This document shows positions 25,048 through 36,739 of a stretch of DNA of 64,000 bases, in pieces. How positions within the stretch are numbered: position 1 is the first letter of the stretch; each line of letters starts with the position of its first letter. Under the pieces are notes generated by a model. The model ran no database searches, was not told the DNA's origin, and saw only the letters and a list, made by a program, of their open reading frames with translations. The DNA is from Stegostoma tigrinum. Its lineage: Eukaryota. The DNA is taken from assembly GCF_030684315.1 (NCBI RefSeq), contig NC_081387.1, positions 11,056,822 through 11,120,821 of the forward strand, in the 5' to 3' direction. The translations under genes were made by a program, and so were the position numbers.

Positions 25048-27088
25048 GTAGTGATTGTAACAGCTCGATTCACAGAATATGAATTCCCTGATTGGGGCTG
25101 TTAATCTTGTCCAATCTGGAATTCCTGGCTGACAGATAAAAATAGAAACAGATTTTGGCTAATACAGAGCATAAATACACCCAGATAGTGGAGGATGGTT
25201 TCACAGTCATATTCACAGTCAGGAAATTCCACCAATACCTTTAGAGACAAATTTGTAATAACAATGGATCAAAAGCCCCTGCTGGTTCTAATTAAAGAGA
25301 ACAAGGCAGTGCAGCCCATAGCTTCAGGCCAAATTCTGAGTGTGTGAAGTTGGAACACCATTCAGGAGCCCAGTGGCAAATGTGGATGCGCTGAGTCACC
25401 TCCCACTGGCAGACACACCATTGGTGGTATCTCTGTGGGATAATAAATTTTTTGGGCACACTTCGAATTACTGCTGACAACATCAGACTTCGGATGGAGA
25501 AAGACCCATTCCTGGAAACACTGAGAAAACTGGTGGTGATGGGGGAAACCAAAGGGCCATCATAATCAGAATTGAAATCTCTTTTGGACATAGAGAACCT
25601 AGATCACAGTAGAGGATGGCATATTATAATGGGGAGCAGAAGTGATTGCTTGGAGCAAAGGTCGCTGCCAGATACTGGCTGAACTCCACCAGGGTCATTC
25701 AGCTGTTACCAAAATGAAGATGTTAGCCCGATATTTTGTCTGATGGCCTGGATTGGACGCCAGCATAGTTGGTGGACCAGATTGCCAACCAGGACAAAAG
25801 CTACCAGCAGCTCGCCCACAGTTGTGGAATTGGCCGGGTAAATCCTGAGCTTGGTTACAACTCAGCTATGCAGATCCTTAATGGGCTTAATGTTTTTAAT
25901 TAATGTGGTCACCTACTCAAAGTGGTTGAACGTGAAAACATGGTGATGGAAAGATTGTGCCCATCTATTGTAAAACATGGACCCCTGGAGGTTTGGTCGT
26001 AGGGCCCTTTTACCAGCAAGAAATTTAAGCATGTCCTAAAAGCAAATGGTATTTTACATACAAGAATAGATTCACACCATTCATCATCCAGTAGTCCAGC
26101 AGAAACAGCAGCCCGAATGCTAAAAGCATGTTTAAAGAAACAGCCTGCAGCATCGATAGAAACCAAACTGTCCCAGCTCCTATTTGATTATATAACATTC
26201 ATGCAACTACAAGAATAGCTCCAGCAGGGTTGCTGATGCAGAGAAGACTCCTCACCACGTTAAAACCGATCTTTTTGACTTGAGGGGGAGAGTGAAATGG
26301 CATCAGAATGGCAATGCCAGACACAAGACTCTGCTAAGCAAGAGAAACAGTTTACTTCAGGGGACGAAGCTTAGAGTAGAAACCATGGGAATGGTCCTGC
26401 ATGGGCAAAAGCCATAGTAGGCATGTGGTCAGGTCTAAAGTTTGGGCAGGTGCGTCAGCCCTGACCACGCACAGGGACCATATGAATGCTGCTAACTCAC
26501 AAAACAGTATGGGTCCAAAATGTGAGATAACAAGGTGTAGAGCTGGATGAACACGGCAGGCTAAGCAGCACCAGAGGAGCAGGAAAGCCGAGAGCCTTCT
26601 TCAGATTCTCCAGCATCTGCAGTTCCTACTATCTCTGGGTCCAAATTGTGCCTGGATCCTTCACAGATTTTCTGACTGATCCAGAACCCGTGGGTTCTCC
26701 CTCTCTGTCAAGTGTTGAAGCGATCTCAAAATCTGAAATGGACATGGTGGATGTCACTGCCGCAACACAGCACAAGGAAGAGAACACATTTCTTCCAAGA
26801 TCCTCTAGGCTCGGGAGGTGTACTACTGCACCTTATATGTCGCACATATCTGTGGCAGGGTTGAAAAAAACTGTCCTGGTGTTAAAATGCCTCAGGAGGA
26901 GCTACAAAAAAAGAGAACCTGTCTATGTTCTCTGACTCAGAGGGTGAGGAATGTGGTGATTGTAAAGAGGTCAGCCAGGTGGACCTCAGTTAATATAAGT
27001 TCCCTGACTGGGACTGTTAATCTGGTCATATCGGGGATCCCTGGCTGACCGACAGAAACACCAGTGTCAGGCATCCTGTGTGTAACAA
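25048..27088 (+). mobile_element. Ty3/Gypsy LTR retrotransposon remnant (deleted) with partial LTRs at ~25048-25150 and ~26952-27088
   Basis: Direct repeats TGT(A/G)GTGATTGTAA...TTCCCTGA(T/C)TGG..CTGTTAATCT; purine tract before the second copy. Internal DALSHLPL, ELHQGH...KMKMLAR...WPGLD and integrase remnants. Confidence 0.8.
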
Positions 27089-27283
27089 CGGATCGATTGA
27101 AGGTGAAAACATGAAGTCAGATAAATCACAGCCCCATAAACCATTCTGACAGGAACATAGTCCAGAGTAACATCCCCAGTACAGAACAGCACTGTCGGCC
27201 CTTACACCCCAATGCCCACGGATTGAGGACTAATGCCCCAGCACCCAGCCTGGTTCTCCTCCCCTCACATCCCCATTACTTAC

Positions 27284-27332
27284 CTGCAGAGAGCTCTCCA
27301 CACAAAAGCCCCAGCACTATCAGTCCGATCAT
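27284..27332 (-). CDS. MHC class I gene A, exon 1 (signal peptide MIGLIVLGLLCGELSA)
   Basis: 49 nt, ATG to phase-1 donor G|GTAAGT, in frame with the alpha1 acceptor at 8460. Paralogous to the exon at 63892-63940. Not in the ORF track. Confidence 0.88.
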
Positions 27333-27495
27333 TTTGACATCATCTGGAAATTCGTGAGAAGTCATTTTCCAGCGGAGTGTCTCAATCTGTGAGCTGCGTC
27401 TGGACCGATATTAAAACTCTGCTCCTGTTCACTCAAACACCTTGATACCGTTTGGACTCAATCAAAATTAAAAGGCTCTTTACATAATAGACTCC

Positions 27496-27522
27496 GAAAG
27501 AAAATTGAAAATTCACTTCCCC
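27496..27522. promoter_or_regulatory. IRF/ISRE-like and ETS-IRF-like motifs
   Basis: GAAAGAAAATTGAAA on + and GGGGAAGTGAAT on -, between the Y box and the ATG of gene A. Imperfect matches. Confidence 0.45.
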
Positions 27523-27537
27523 AAGAATGCGAACAAC

Positions 27538-27602
27538 CCAATCAGATAAATACTCCCAAACCTATCATCGGTTGCCGGGAGAATGAGCCGAGCTGCAAGT
27601 TG
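27538..27602 (-). promoter_or_regulatory. MHC SXY enhanceosome module of gene A
   Basis: Gene-sense: S-like CAACTT (27602-27597), 17 nt, X1 CCCGGCAACCGATG (27579-27566), 20 nt, Y CTGATTGG (27545-27538). About 205 nt upstream of the ATG. Confidence 0.8.
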
Positions 27603-27919
27603 CCTTCGAGAAACTTTTTGGAACAGGCGGAGACAATTCAGTCTCTTGGACCTGCGTTTTACAACGTGCCGCAGGCTTTAGTTTTTCTGTGTTTAAACAG
27701 TCAAATCATATTAACTACATAAACAGTTCGATCAGATTTTCACTCTTCTATCTGATATGGAACTCAGCACACCAGAGCAAAACAAAACGGTGAAGAATCA
27801 AGTGCTGACAGGATGAGATTTGCCTCAGCAGATCCCCACAATCCCATTTTGTCATGAGTCTGATTCACTCTGCGTGAGATGAGAAACGGCTGAAACGGCA
27901 GCAGAGGCTACGGGTCCTG

Positions 27920-28430
27920 AAAATATCCTGGCAGCAATCCTGAGGACCTGTACTCCATAACTTTTCACATCCCTAGTCAGACAGCTATCATACACAGTAA
28001 TGTGAAAATTGCTTCCAAGTGTGAGCTGTCCACAAAAGGCTGTACTATTCCAACACAGCCAGTTACCCACCAGAGCAATGTACTCTCCATTATCAGAAAA
28101 TGATGGGAGTATGTCATTGACAGTGCTATCAATTTCACCAAAACTCAGCCTGGGTTTCGCTGGGGCCTGGTATTTCCTGACCACATTACAGCCTTGCTCC
28201 AAAGATGGATGCAAAATCTTATTACAACAGGTGATGTGAGACTGAATGCCCATCACACCAAATCAGCATTTGACTGAGCATGGCATCACAGAGCTCGAAC
28301 AAAATAAGTCAATAGTAACCAGGGTGAAAAGTCTCCTCTGGATGGAGTCATAGCTTACACAAGGATTGTCTTTATTCGAGGTCAATCCTCTCTGCTCCAG
28401 GACAGCACTATAGGAAATGCACAGGGTGAT
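27920..28430 (+). mobile_element. Old LINE (CR1-group) RT fragment
   Basis: Degenerate RT-region sequence; its right end forms the left arm of the palindrome below. Confidence 0.55.
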
Positions 28431-28696
28431 GAATCTACTTGCTCACTAAGAAGTCTTTAATGCAATGAGAACAATGCAGCACTACTGTAATTTGCAGAAC
28501 TAAATAACTTTAAAGGAGGGAGAATAATGCATTAAAGACTTCTAAGTGAGCAAGTAGATTCATCACCCTGTGCATTTCCTATAGTGCTGTCCTGGAGCAG
28601 AGAGGATTGATCTCCAACAAAGACAATCTTTGTGTAAGCTATGACTCCATCCAGAGGAGACTTTTCACCCTGGTTACTATTGACTTATTTTGTTCG
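28296..28696. repeat. Near-perfect inverted repeat: 169-bp arms (28296-28464, 28528-28696), 63-nt spacer
   Basis: CGAACAAAATAAGTCAATAG...GAAGTCTTTAATGCA is mirrored by TGCATTAAAGACTTC...CTATTGACTTATTTTGTTCG with only a handful of mismatches. Confidence 0.95.
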
Positions 28697-28699
28697 GTA

Positions 28700-31600
28700 T
28701 TTTTTGTGGTATGATGTGGAGGTGCCAGAGTTGGACCGGAGTGGACAAGATCAAAAAAACCAGGTTATAGACCAACAAGTTTGCTTGAAAACACAAGTTT
28801 TTGGAGACTCTTTCCTTCTTCAGATTTTTGTGAGAGAGAAAGCAAAAAGGCACAGAATTTGTAAGTAAAAGATCAAAGGCTCATACACTGGTGTGAATTG
28901 ACCAGACCTAAGATGCTTTTAAATATTTAATCAGTTGGAAAGGAGATACAGCTTTTGATTCACTAATATGCAAATCCCCAAATTTCTGCCCATAGATAAG
29001 TAAAGATTTTATCAAAGAGGAGGTGACATCTCAGGTCAGATAATGCATGTGAGGTCTGAAGCCCTGTTTAGAATCTGCTTGTGTTTCGACTTATAGTCAG
29101 ATTTATAAAGTAGGAATTTATAAAACGCCACATTGACTGACAGTCTACAAATTGTGTGCTTTTTGAACAAAATAGAATGTATTTGCAAATATAAATCTAT
29201 AAATGCAAATTCACCCCGGTGTGTTTGTGTGTGTGTGTGTGTGTGATTGTGCATATGTGTAAGTGTATATTGTGGTGGGCCACCTGTAGTGCGACATGAA
29301 CCCAAGATCCCAGTTGACGATGTTCTCATGTGTATCAAGCTTGGCTAAGAGCCTCGACTCAGCGACTGCATTGTTGTGGATTCTGAAGACATTCTTAGAA
29401 CATAGAACATAGAACAGTACAGCACAGAACAGGCCCTTCAGCCCACAATGTTGTGCCGACCATTGATCCTCATGTATGCACCCTCAAATTTCTGTGACCA
29501 TATACATGTCCAGCAGTCTCTTAAATGTCCCCAATGACCTTGCTTCCACAACTGCTGCTGGCAACGCATTCCATGCTCTCACAACTCTCTGCGTAAAGAA
29601 CCTGCCTCTGACATCCCCTCTATACTTTCCACCAACCAGATTAAAACTATGACCCCTCATGCTAGCCATTTCTGCCCTGGGAAATAGTCTCTGGCTATCA
29701 ACTCTATCTATGCCTCTCATTATCTTGTATACCTCAATTAGGTCCCCTCTCCTCCTCCTTTTCTCCAATGAAAAGAGACCGAGCTCAGTCAACCTCTCTT
29801 CATAAGATAAGCCCTCCAGTCCAGGCAGCATCCTGGTAAACCTCCTCTGAACCCTCTCCAAAGCATCCACATCTTTCCTATAATAGGGCGCCCAGAACTG
29901 AACATTTACGCAAAGATCCAAGGCTGAATGCCCTTGACTGCTGAAGTGTTGCACCACTGCTCCTGTGTGGCGATTGTTTCACAGTGCCAGTTCATCCATT
30001 GTCGTAGCGCCTGCATTTTTTGCCAATATACCATGCCTCGGGCATCCTTGCCTGCAGCATATGAGATAGGCAGCGTTGGCTGAGTCACATGAGTATCTGC
30101 TAGAAATCACATAGTGGATTTCTGCTGCCTTCTGAAGATACACAAAGACAACACACCTGAACATCTCATCATATCAGGCAATGGGGCTCTGTGTGAGAAA
30201 GTCTCTGGCTATGGCAAGGGCATCTTGAAACCCATTGTACCGGGAACTCCCAGCTTCTGTCATGACACTACAGATTTCTTACAGAAACTCATTACCCATG
30301 GACCAGTTGAACAAGGAGTATTCCTTGTCACAACGGACATTTCGGCACTCTATACCAGCAGCCCCCATGATGATGGCATCACTGCAACAGCCTTAGTATT
30401 CAATACCAACAACGGCCAATTTCCAGACACCATTTTATAACTCAGTGATAATGTGAACTGCAGATGCTGGAGAATCCAACATAACAAAGTGTGGAGCCCG
30501 AAACATCAGCTTTTGTGCTCCTGAGATGCTGCTTGGCCTGCTGTGTTCATCCAGCTCCACACCATTTTATAACTCATCCGCTTCATCCTTAAGTCTTCAC
30601 CTTTGACAGCCAATTCTTTATCCAGACACACAGAACAGTCATGGGGGACAGATTTGCACTCCAATGTGCCAACATTTTCATGCACAATTTCAAACAAGAC
30701 TTTTTAGCTGCACAGGACCTCCAAGCAACACTATACACCAGACACATCGACAACATTTTCTTCCTTTGGACTCATGGTGAGGAATCACTAAAACAACTAC
30801 ATAGTGAGATCAACAAGTTTCATCCCACCATCTGACTTACCATGGGCTACTCTTTGGAATGAGTCGCATTCTTGGACATGCATCTCCTTATGGGACAGAC
30901 ATCTCAATACCTCACTCTGCTGCAAGCCTACAGATAACCTCATGATGCTGCACTTCTCCAGCTTCCACTCCCAGAACAAATTAAAAGAGCCAAACCAAAA
31001 ACAAGCCCGACACAGACACGGGATCTGTTCAGATTTGGAGCAACATGACAGACACCTGGAAGTGTTGAAGGACACCCTCATAAGAATGGGATTTGATGCT
31101 CAGTTCATCGAAAACCAGTTCAGACATGCCATAACAAAAAACCATCTTTTCAGCCACCAACACATTATCGCTGATGATGACCACTTCATCAAGGTCTTTC
31201 CACTTGTCACCTTCAAACAATTGCCAAACCTTAAACAATGATTGTCTATCCAGCCTTCAGGAAAACATTGACCACAACCCTATACAACCCTGTCATGGCA
31301 AACTTTGCAAGACATGACAGATCATTGACACAGATATTGCCATCACACATGGGAACACCACTCACCACGTACACGGCAGATACTCATGTGACTCTGCCAA
31401 TGTTGTCTCAAACACTGCAGGCATGGTATACCAGTGAAGCCATGCAGACACTATGACAATGGATGAATGGGCACCATGCAACAATCAACTCACAGGGATA
31501 TTCCCTCCCAGTGGGGGAACACTTCAAAATTCAAGGGCATTCAGCCTTGGATCTTTGAGTAAACATCCTCCAAGGAGGTCTTCAGGATCCACTAGAACAC

Positions 31601-32170
31601 AGTCGCCAAGCAGAGGCTGATAGCCAGGTTTGGTACCCATGAGGGCGTCCTCAACCAGGATCTTGGGTACCTGTCACACTACAGGTGACTCCACCACACT
31701 ATACACTGGCACACATACACACACTCATCACACATATAAGTCCAAGGGGTGAATTTTCATTTGTAGATTTATATTTGCAGATACATTCTATTTTGTTCAA
31801 CACAATTTGTAGACTGTCGGCCAATGTGGCATTTTATAAATTCCTATTTAAGAAGTCTGGCTGCAAGTGAAAACACAAACAGATTCTAAACAGGGCCTCA
31901 GACCTGACACGCATTGTCTGACCTGAGATGTCACCACATCTTTGGTAAAACCTTTACTTACCTATGAGCAGCAATTTGGGGATTTGCATATGAATGAATC
32001 AAAACCCTCATTTCCTTTCTAACCATTAAAGATTTAACAGTATCTTAGGTCTGTTTAATTCACATCTGTGTATGACCCTTTGATCTTTTACTGACAAATT
32101 CTGTGTCATTTGCTTCCTCTCTCACAAGCACCTGAAGAAGGAAAGAGTCTCCAACTGCTTGTGTCTGAGG
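28700..32170 (+). mobile_element. Second-family Penelope-like element with long inverted arms (~28800-30110 minus vs ~31380-32170 plus), RT core ~30110-31400
   Basis: DISALYTSSPHDDGI, MGDRFALQCANIFM and YTRHIDNIFFLWTHGEESL RT motifs. The left arm is the reverse complement of the right end. Confidence 0.82.
29395..29902 (-). mobile_element. Young CR1 3' fragment nested in Penelope arm
   Basis: Nearly identical to 40150-40650; (TTCTATG)n tail. Confidence 0.93.
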
Positions 32171-32430
32171 ACCAATCACTGGAATTTAGGTTCTCAGCAT
32201 ATCTGGGAAAATTGCTGCCTGAGAGGATTAGCCTCTGGGATTTATATTCTTAGTAGTATTAAGCGACCATCTGTGCATGATGATTTTCTTCTGGGATTAA
32301 TCTCCTCAGTATCATTGGAGTAACAACTGCCTGCAAGGATCAGAGCCAGGAATTTATATTCTCAGTATTTTTGGGGTAACAGCTATTTGTGAGGACCAGT
32401 TTCTGGGATTTGTGTTCTCAGTACTGGGGG
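32170..32430. repeat. Degenerate ~56-57-bp tandem repeat (~5 copies)
   Basis: Recurring GGATTTATATTCTCAGTA-like core at about 32190, 32247, 32305, 32360 and 32417. Confidence 0.65.
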
Positions 32431-32937
32431 CATGAATAGTTGCTAATGGGGACTCTTAGTAGCTCATAATAGGTTGTGTGTGATAGCAACCCATGTGACA
32501 ATTAGGTCTAATGTGTTGTGGTTGGACTAAAAACATTGAGGAAGGTGTTCAGGTTGTAAAATTATTGAACTTGTTTTTGGGTCCTGATGGCTGCAGCGTT
32601 CCCAAGTCGAAAACAAAGTGCTATTCTTGGCTTACGCAGAACTTCACTGGAGGGCTGCAAGCCTGAGGCAGAGATGTTGGCCAGAGAATTCAGTGGTGTG
32701 TCAAAGTAAGCTGAGGGTCACTTTTGTGGATTGAACGTTGGTTCACATCTTTGGACTGTGGGAGGAAACTGGAGTACCTGGAGGAAACCCATGCTGACAT
32801 GGGGAGAATGTGCAAACCCCACACAGACAGCCCAAGGGTTGGGCTGTTAAGCAGCAGTGCTAAGCACTGAGCCACCATGCTTCCCCTTGGCCCAATGTCA
32901 TTAATTGGTTCCTGGAAAATTATGCAGAACAACTTTA

Positions 32938-34120
32938 AGGTGGTGTAGCGGTAAGTGAAAAAGGTTATCAAAGTACAACAGGACCTTGATCAACTGGGCC
33001 GAGGAGTGTCAGATGGAGTTTAATTCAGATAAATGTGAGATGTTCCATTTTGGTAAGATAAATGAGGACAGGATTTACACGGCTGTGGAGTGTTGTTGAA
33101 CATAAAGGCTACGAGTTCCTTGAAAGTAGAGTCACAGGTAGACAGAGTAGTCACTTTATTCATTCATGAGATGAGAACATCGCTGGCTAGGCTAGCATTT
33201 ATTGCCCATCCCTAATTTACCAGAGGGCAGTTATGAGTCAACCACATTGCTGTGTGTCTGGAGTCACATGTAGGCCAGACCAGGTAAGGACAGCAGTTTC
33301 CTTCCCTAAAGGACATTAGTGAACCAAATGGGCTTCTTCGACAAACGGCAATGGATTCATTGTCAGAATGAGACTCTTAATTCCAGATATTTCTGAATTC
33401 AAATTCCAGCTGCCATGCCACGACCAGATCGCAGCTCCCCAGCACAATTCCTGGGTCTCTGGATTAACAATCTAGCAATAACACCACTGGGACATTGCCT
33501 CCCCAGTGGAGAAGGTGTTTGGCTTCATTGGTCAAAACATTGAGTACAGGACTTGGAACATCATGTTAGGTTTGTACAAGACTTTGGACACGGACCACTG
33601 CACACAATTCCAGTCACCCTGCTATAGGAAGGATTTTATGAAACTGGAAAGGGTGGAGAAAAGATTAACGAGAATGTTACCAAGACTGAAGGGTTTGAGT
33701 AATAAAAAGAGTTTGGATTGGCTGGGACGTTTTTTCCCTGGAGCATGGGACTCTGAGGTGTGAACTTTTAGAGGTTTCTAGAATCACAAGGGGCACAGAT
33801 AAGGTGAAAAGCCTTTCCCCCAGGCTATGGTAATCCAGAACTAGAGGAAATAGTTGAGAAGGGGAAGATTTTAAAGTGACCTGAAGGACAACTTTTTCAC
33901 ATATAGTGTGGTGCGTGTATGGAACAAACTTCCAGGGGAAGTGATAGAGGTAAGTGCAATTACAACATTTAAAAGATATTTGGACAGTTATATGAATAGG
34001 AAGGGTTTATATGAGCCAAACCCAGGCAAATGGGACAAGTTCAGTTTCGGAAACCTGGTCAGCACGTAGAAGTAGAGCTGAAGGGCCTGTTTCCGTGCTG
34101 TATACCTCTATGACTCTATA
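32938..34120 (+). mobile_element. Old CR1 3' fragment interrupted by a SINE
   Basis: FGFIGQNIEYR...KLERVEKRLTRMLP motifs. Confidence 0.8.
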
Positions 34121-34239
34121 AGAACAAATTAACATTCGTGGCTGAGGATGCACTGTGGTCATGGCTCTGCTGTAGGGTGACAATTTCCCATTCTCTTCTG
34201 GGACCACGCCACTCCATCTGAACCCTCCTCTACAGTGTT

Positions 34240-34550
34240 CATAGAATGGAATCATAAAATCCCTACAGTGTGGAAACAGGCCTTTCAGCCCAACAGGTCC
34301 ACGCTGACCATCATAGCATCCCACCCAGACCCATCACCCCATAACCTGCCTAACCCACTCGTCCCTGGACACTAAAGGCAATTTAGCAGGGCCAACCCAC
34401 ACAACCTGCACATCTTTGGACTGTGGGGGGAAACTGGAGTACCTGGAGGAAACCCATGCTGACATGGGGAGAATGTGCAAACCCCACACAGACAGCCCGA
34501 GGGTTGGGCTATGAAGCAGCAGTGATAACCACTGAGCCACTGTGCTTCCC
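34240..34550 (-). mobile_element. HE1-like SINE (partial duplicate at 32744-32885)
   Basis: SINE head and CR1-type tail on the minus strand. Confidence 0.8.
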
Positions 34551-36739
34551 CTTGGCCCAATATCATTAATTGGTTCCTGGAAAATTATGCAAAACAACTT
34601 TACACAGAACCATCTTGCTTCCGACCCTTCAAGTATTTTATGCAGAGATTGACTTGCAACTTCCAGAGGGTGAGCCTTCTCAATAGACAGTTAGAGCTGA
34701 ACTGCACTGCAGTTCAGATAACATGGAATACAGAGAAGAATACCAGGTCAGGGTGTGCTGCAGTGTAGTGTTTAGAAGACACTGTCTACTTCATTGGCCT
34801 CATCTCAGATTTTCAGCATTTCTCCATTATTCTCTTTGCTCTTGTGCACTTGTTGTGTTGTTAATAGCAGATTTTTGTTCATAGATAAGATTTGAACAAT
34901 GCTGGCTAGGACAGGATTGATACCCATTGCACAACAACTTTTGAGAAGGTAGCAGTGAGCTGCCATCTTGACCTGCTAAAGGTCTACCCCCCAGATAAGT
35001 TGGAAGTATTCACAGACATCAATTTGTGCTTCATAGGTGGGCACTGAGAAGACAGGAAGTCAGTTACTCATCACAAAATTCCCATCTTCTGAGCTGCAGT
35101 TACAGCTTCAGTATTTCTCAGGATGATCCAGTTCATACGCTTGCTTTGTTACACTTTACAAGCATACTTGTATTCATGTCCAAAATGTGGACATCATTGA
35201 ACGTAGAACCTACATCACAGGAACAGGTCCTTCAACTCAAGGTGTTACACTGAACATGATGCCGAATCATGCCATAATTAATCCTGCTTGCCCTTGGTCC
35301 ATACCCCAATATCCCTTGCATATTCATATACTTATCTAAAAGTCTGTTAAATGTCCCTGTCGTATATACCCCACCATCACATCTGGCTGCATATTCCAGA
35401 CTCCTACCACTTTCTGTGTAAAAATATTGCCCATCACATCTCCTTTGAACTTTCCCCCTCTCACCTTAAATGCATCCTTCCTGTACTGTGGCGACAAGAA
35501 TGGAATGAAAGACTCTTAAGCATGGCCTAACCCAAGTCTTATAAAGCTGCAACATGACATACTGACTCTTCTACTCAATTGCCTGACCAATAATGGGAGG
35601 CATGCCAAACGCCTTCTTTTCCATCCTATCTACTCACGTCACCACTTTCAAGGAGTTATGAACTTTAACTACAGACTCCTCTGTACATCAGTGCTGTTCA
35701 GGGTTCTGTCTTCAACTCTACACTTTCTGTTAACATTTGATCTCCCAAAGTGTAGCACCTCACACTTACCCAGATTAAACTGCATCGGTCATTTCTTACT
35801 ACCATTTAGTTGCCGTCCCCAACCATCACGAAGAAGCTGACGATAAGCCACCTCTTTGAACTTAGAATTGTTGTTGTACATGTTGTGTAGGTAGACTCAC
35901 ATTGCTCTTCAGAGCGATCCAGAGTTTTGACCCAATGACAGTGAAGGGACAATGACACAGTTCAAAATAGGGTTGGTGAATGACTTGGAGGGGATTGTTC
36001 AGGAAGTGGTTTGGGCATGTGTCATTCTTGCACCTGAAGGTGCAGATCTTGCTATATGTCAACACAGCGTGCTTTATTATATGTGAAGACACAGGAAGTG
36101 CTGAACATTGTACAAGCATCAGCAGAAATGATGACCATATGATGGAGCAAAGTTCATTGGCTTAACCGCAGAAGTCCACTAAATGCCAATTGATTGCAAA
36201 ACTTTCAGCTTCCTTCTCAAGTTGGTTTGATTTGAATATCTGATGTTTATGAAGAGCATTTTCCTTTCATAATGACTTGATGATGATTCAAATCTCTGAA
36301 TTACTCTCAGCTGAATAAGAGAACATCTTGCTGGTGTTGGGGTAATGTCCATCGATAGTGGAGCTACAGTATTCAGAGGAAGGTGGTGGTCTAGTGATAT
36401 TATCTTTAGCCTATTGATCCAAAGACTCAGGTAATATTCTGTGGATTGGGATTTGAATCCCACAGGCAGATGAAGAAATTTAAATTCAATATGTCTATAC
36501 TTCAATGTCCGAAAATAAGCGAAGAGCAGTGACCATGAACCATGGTCAGGGAAAATCCCACCTGATTCTCCATTACCCTTAAAGGAAGGAAACCGCTGTC
36601 CTTATCTGATCTGACTGAGATATGTCTCCAAAGAGTGCAATTGACTCTGAAACAGGGATGGGCATCAAATGCTGGCCGAGCAAGTGACATCAACGTCTTG
36701 TGAATGAATAAAAAAAAGACTCTTGTCAATTGCTGATGG

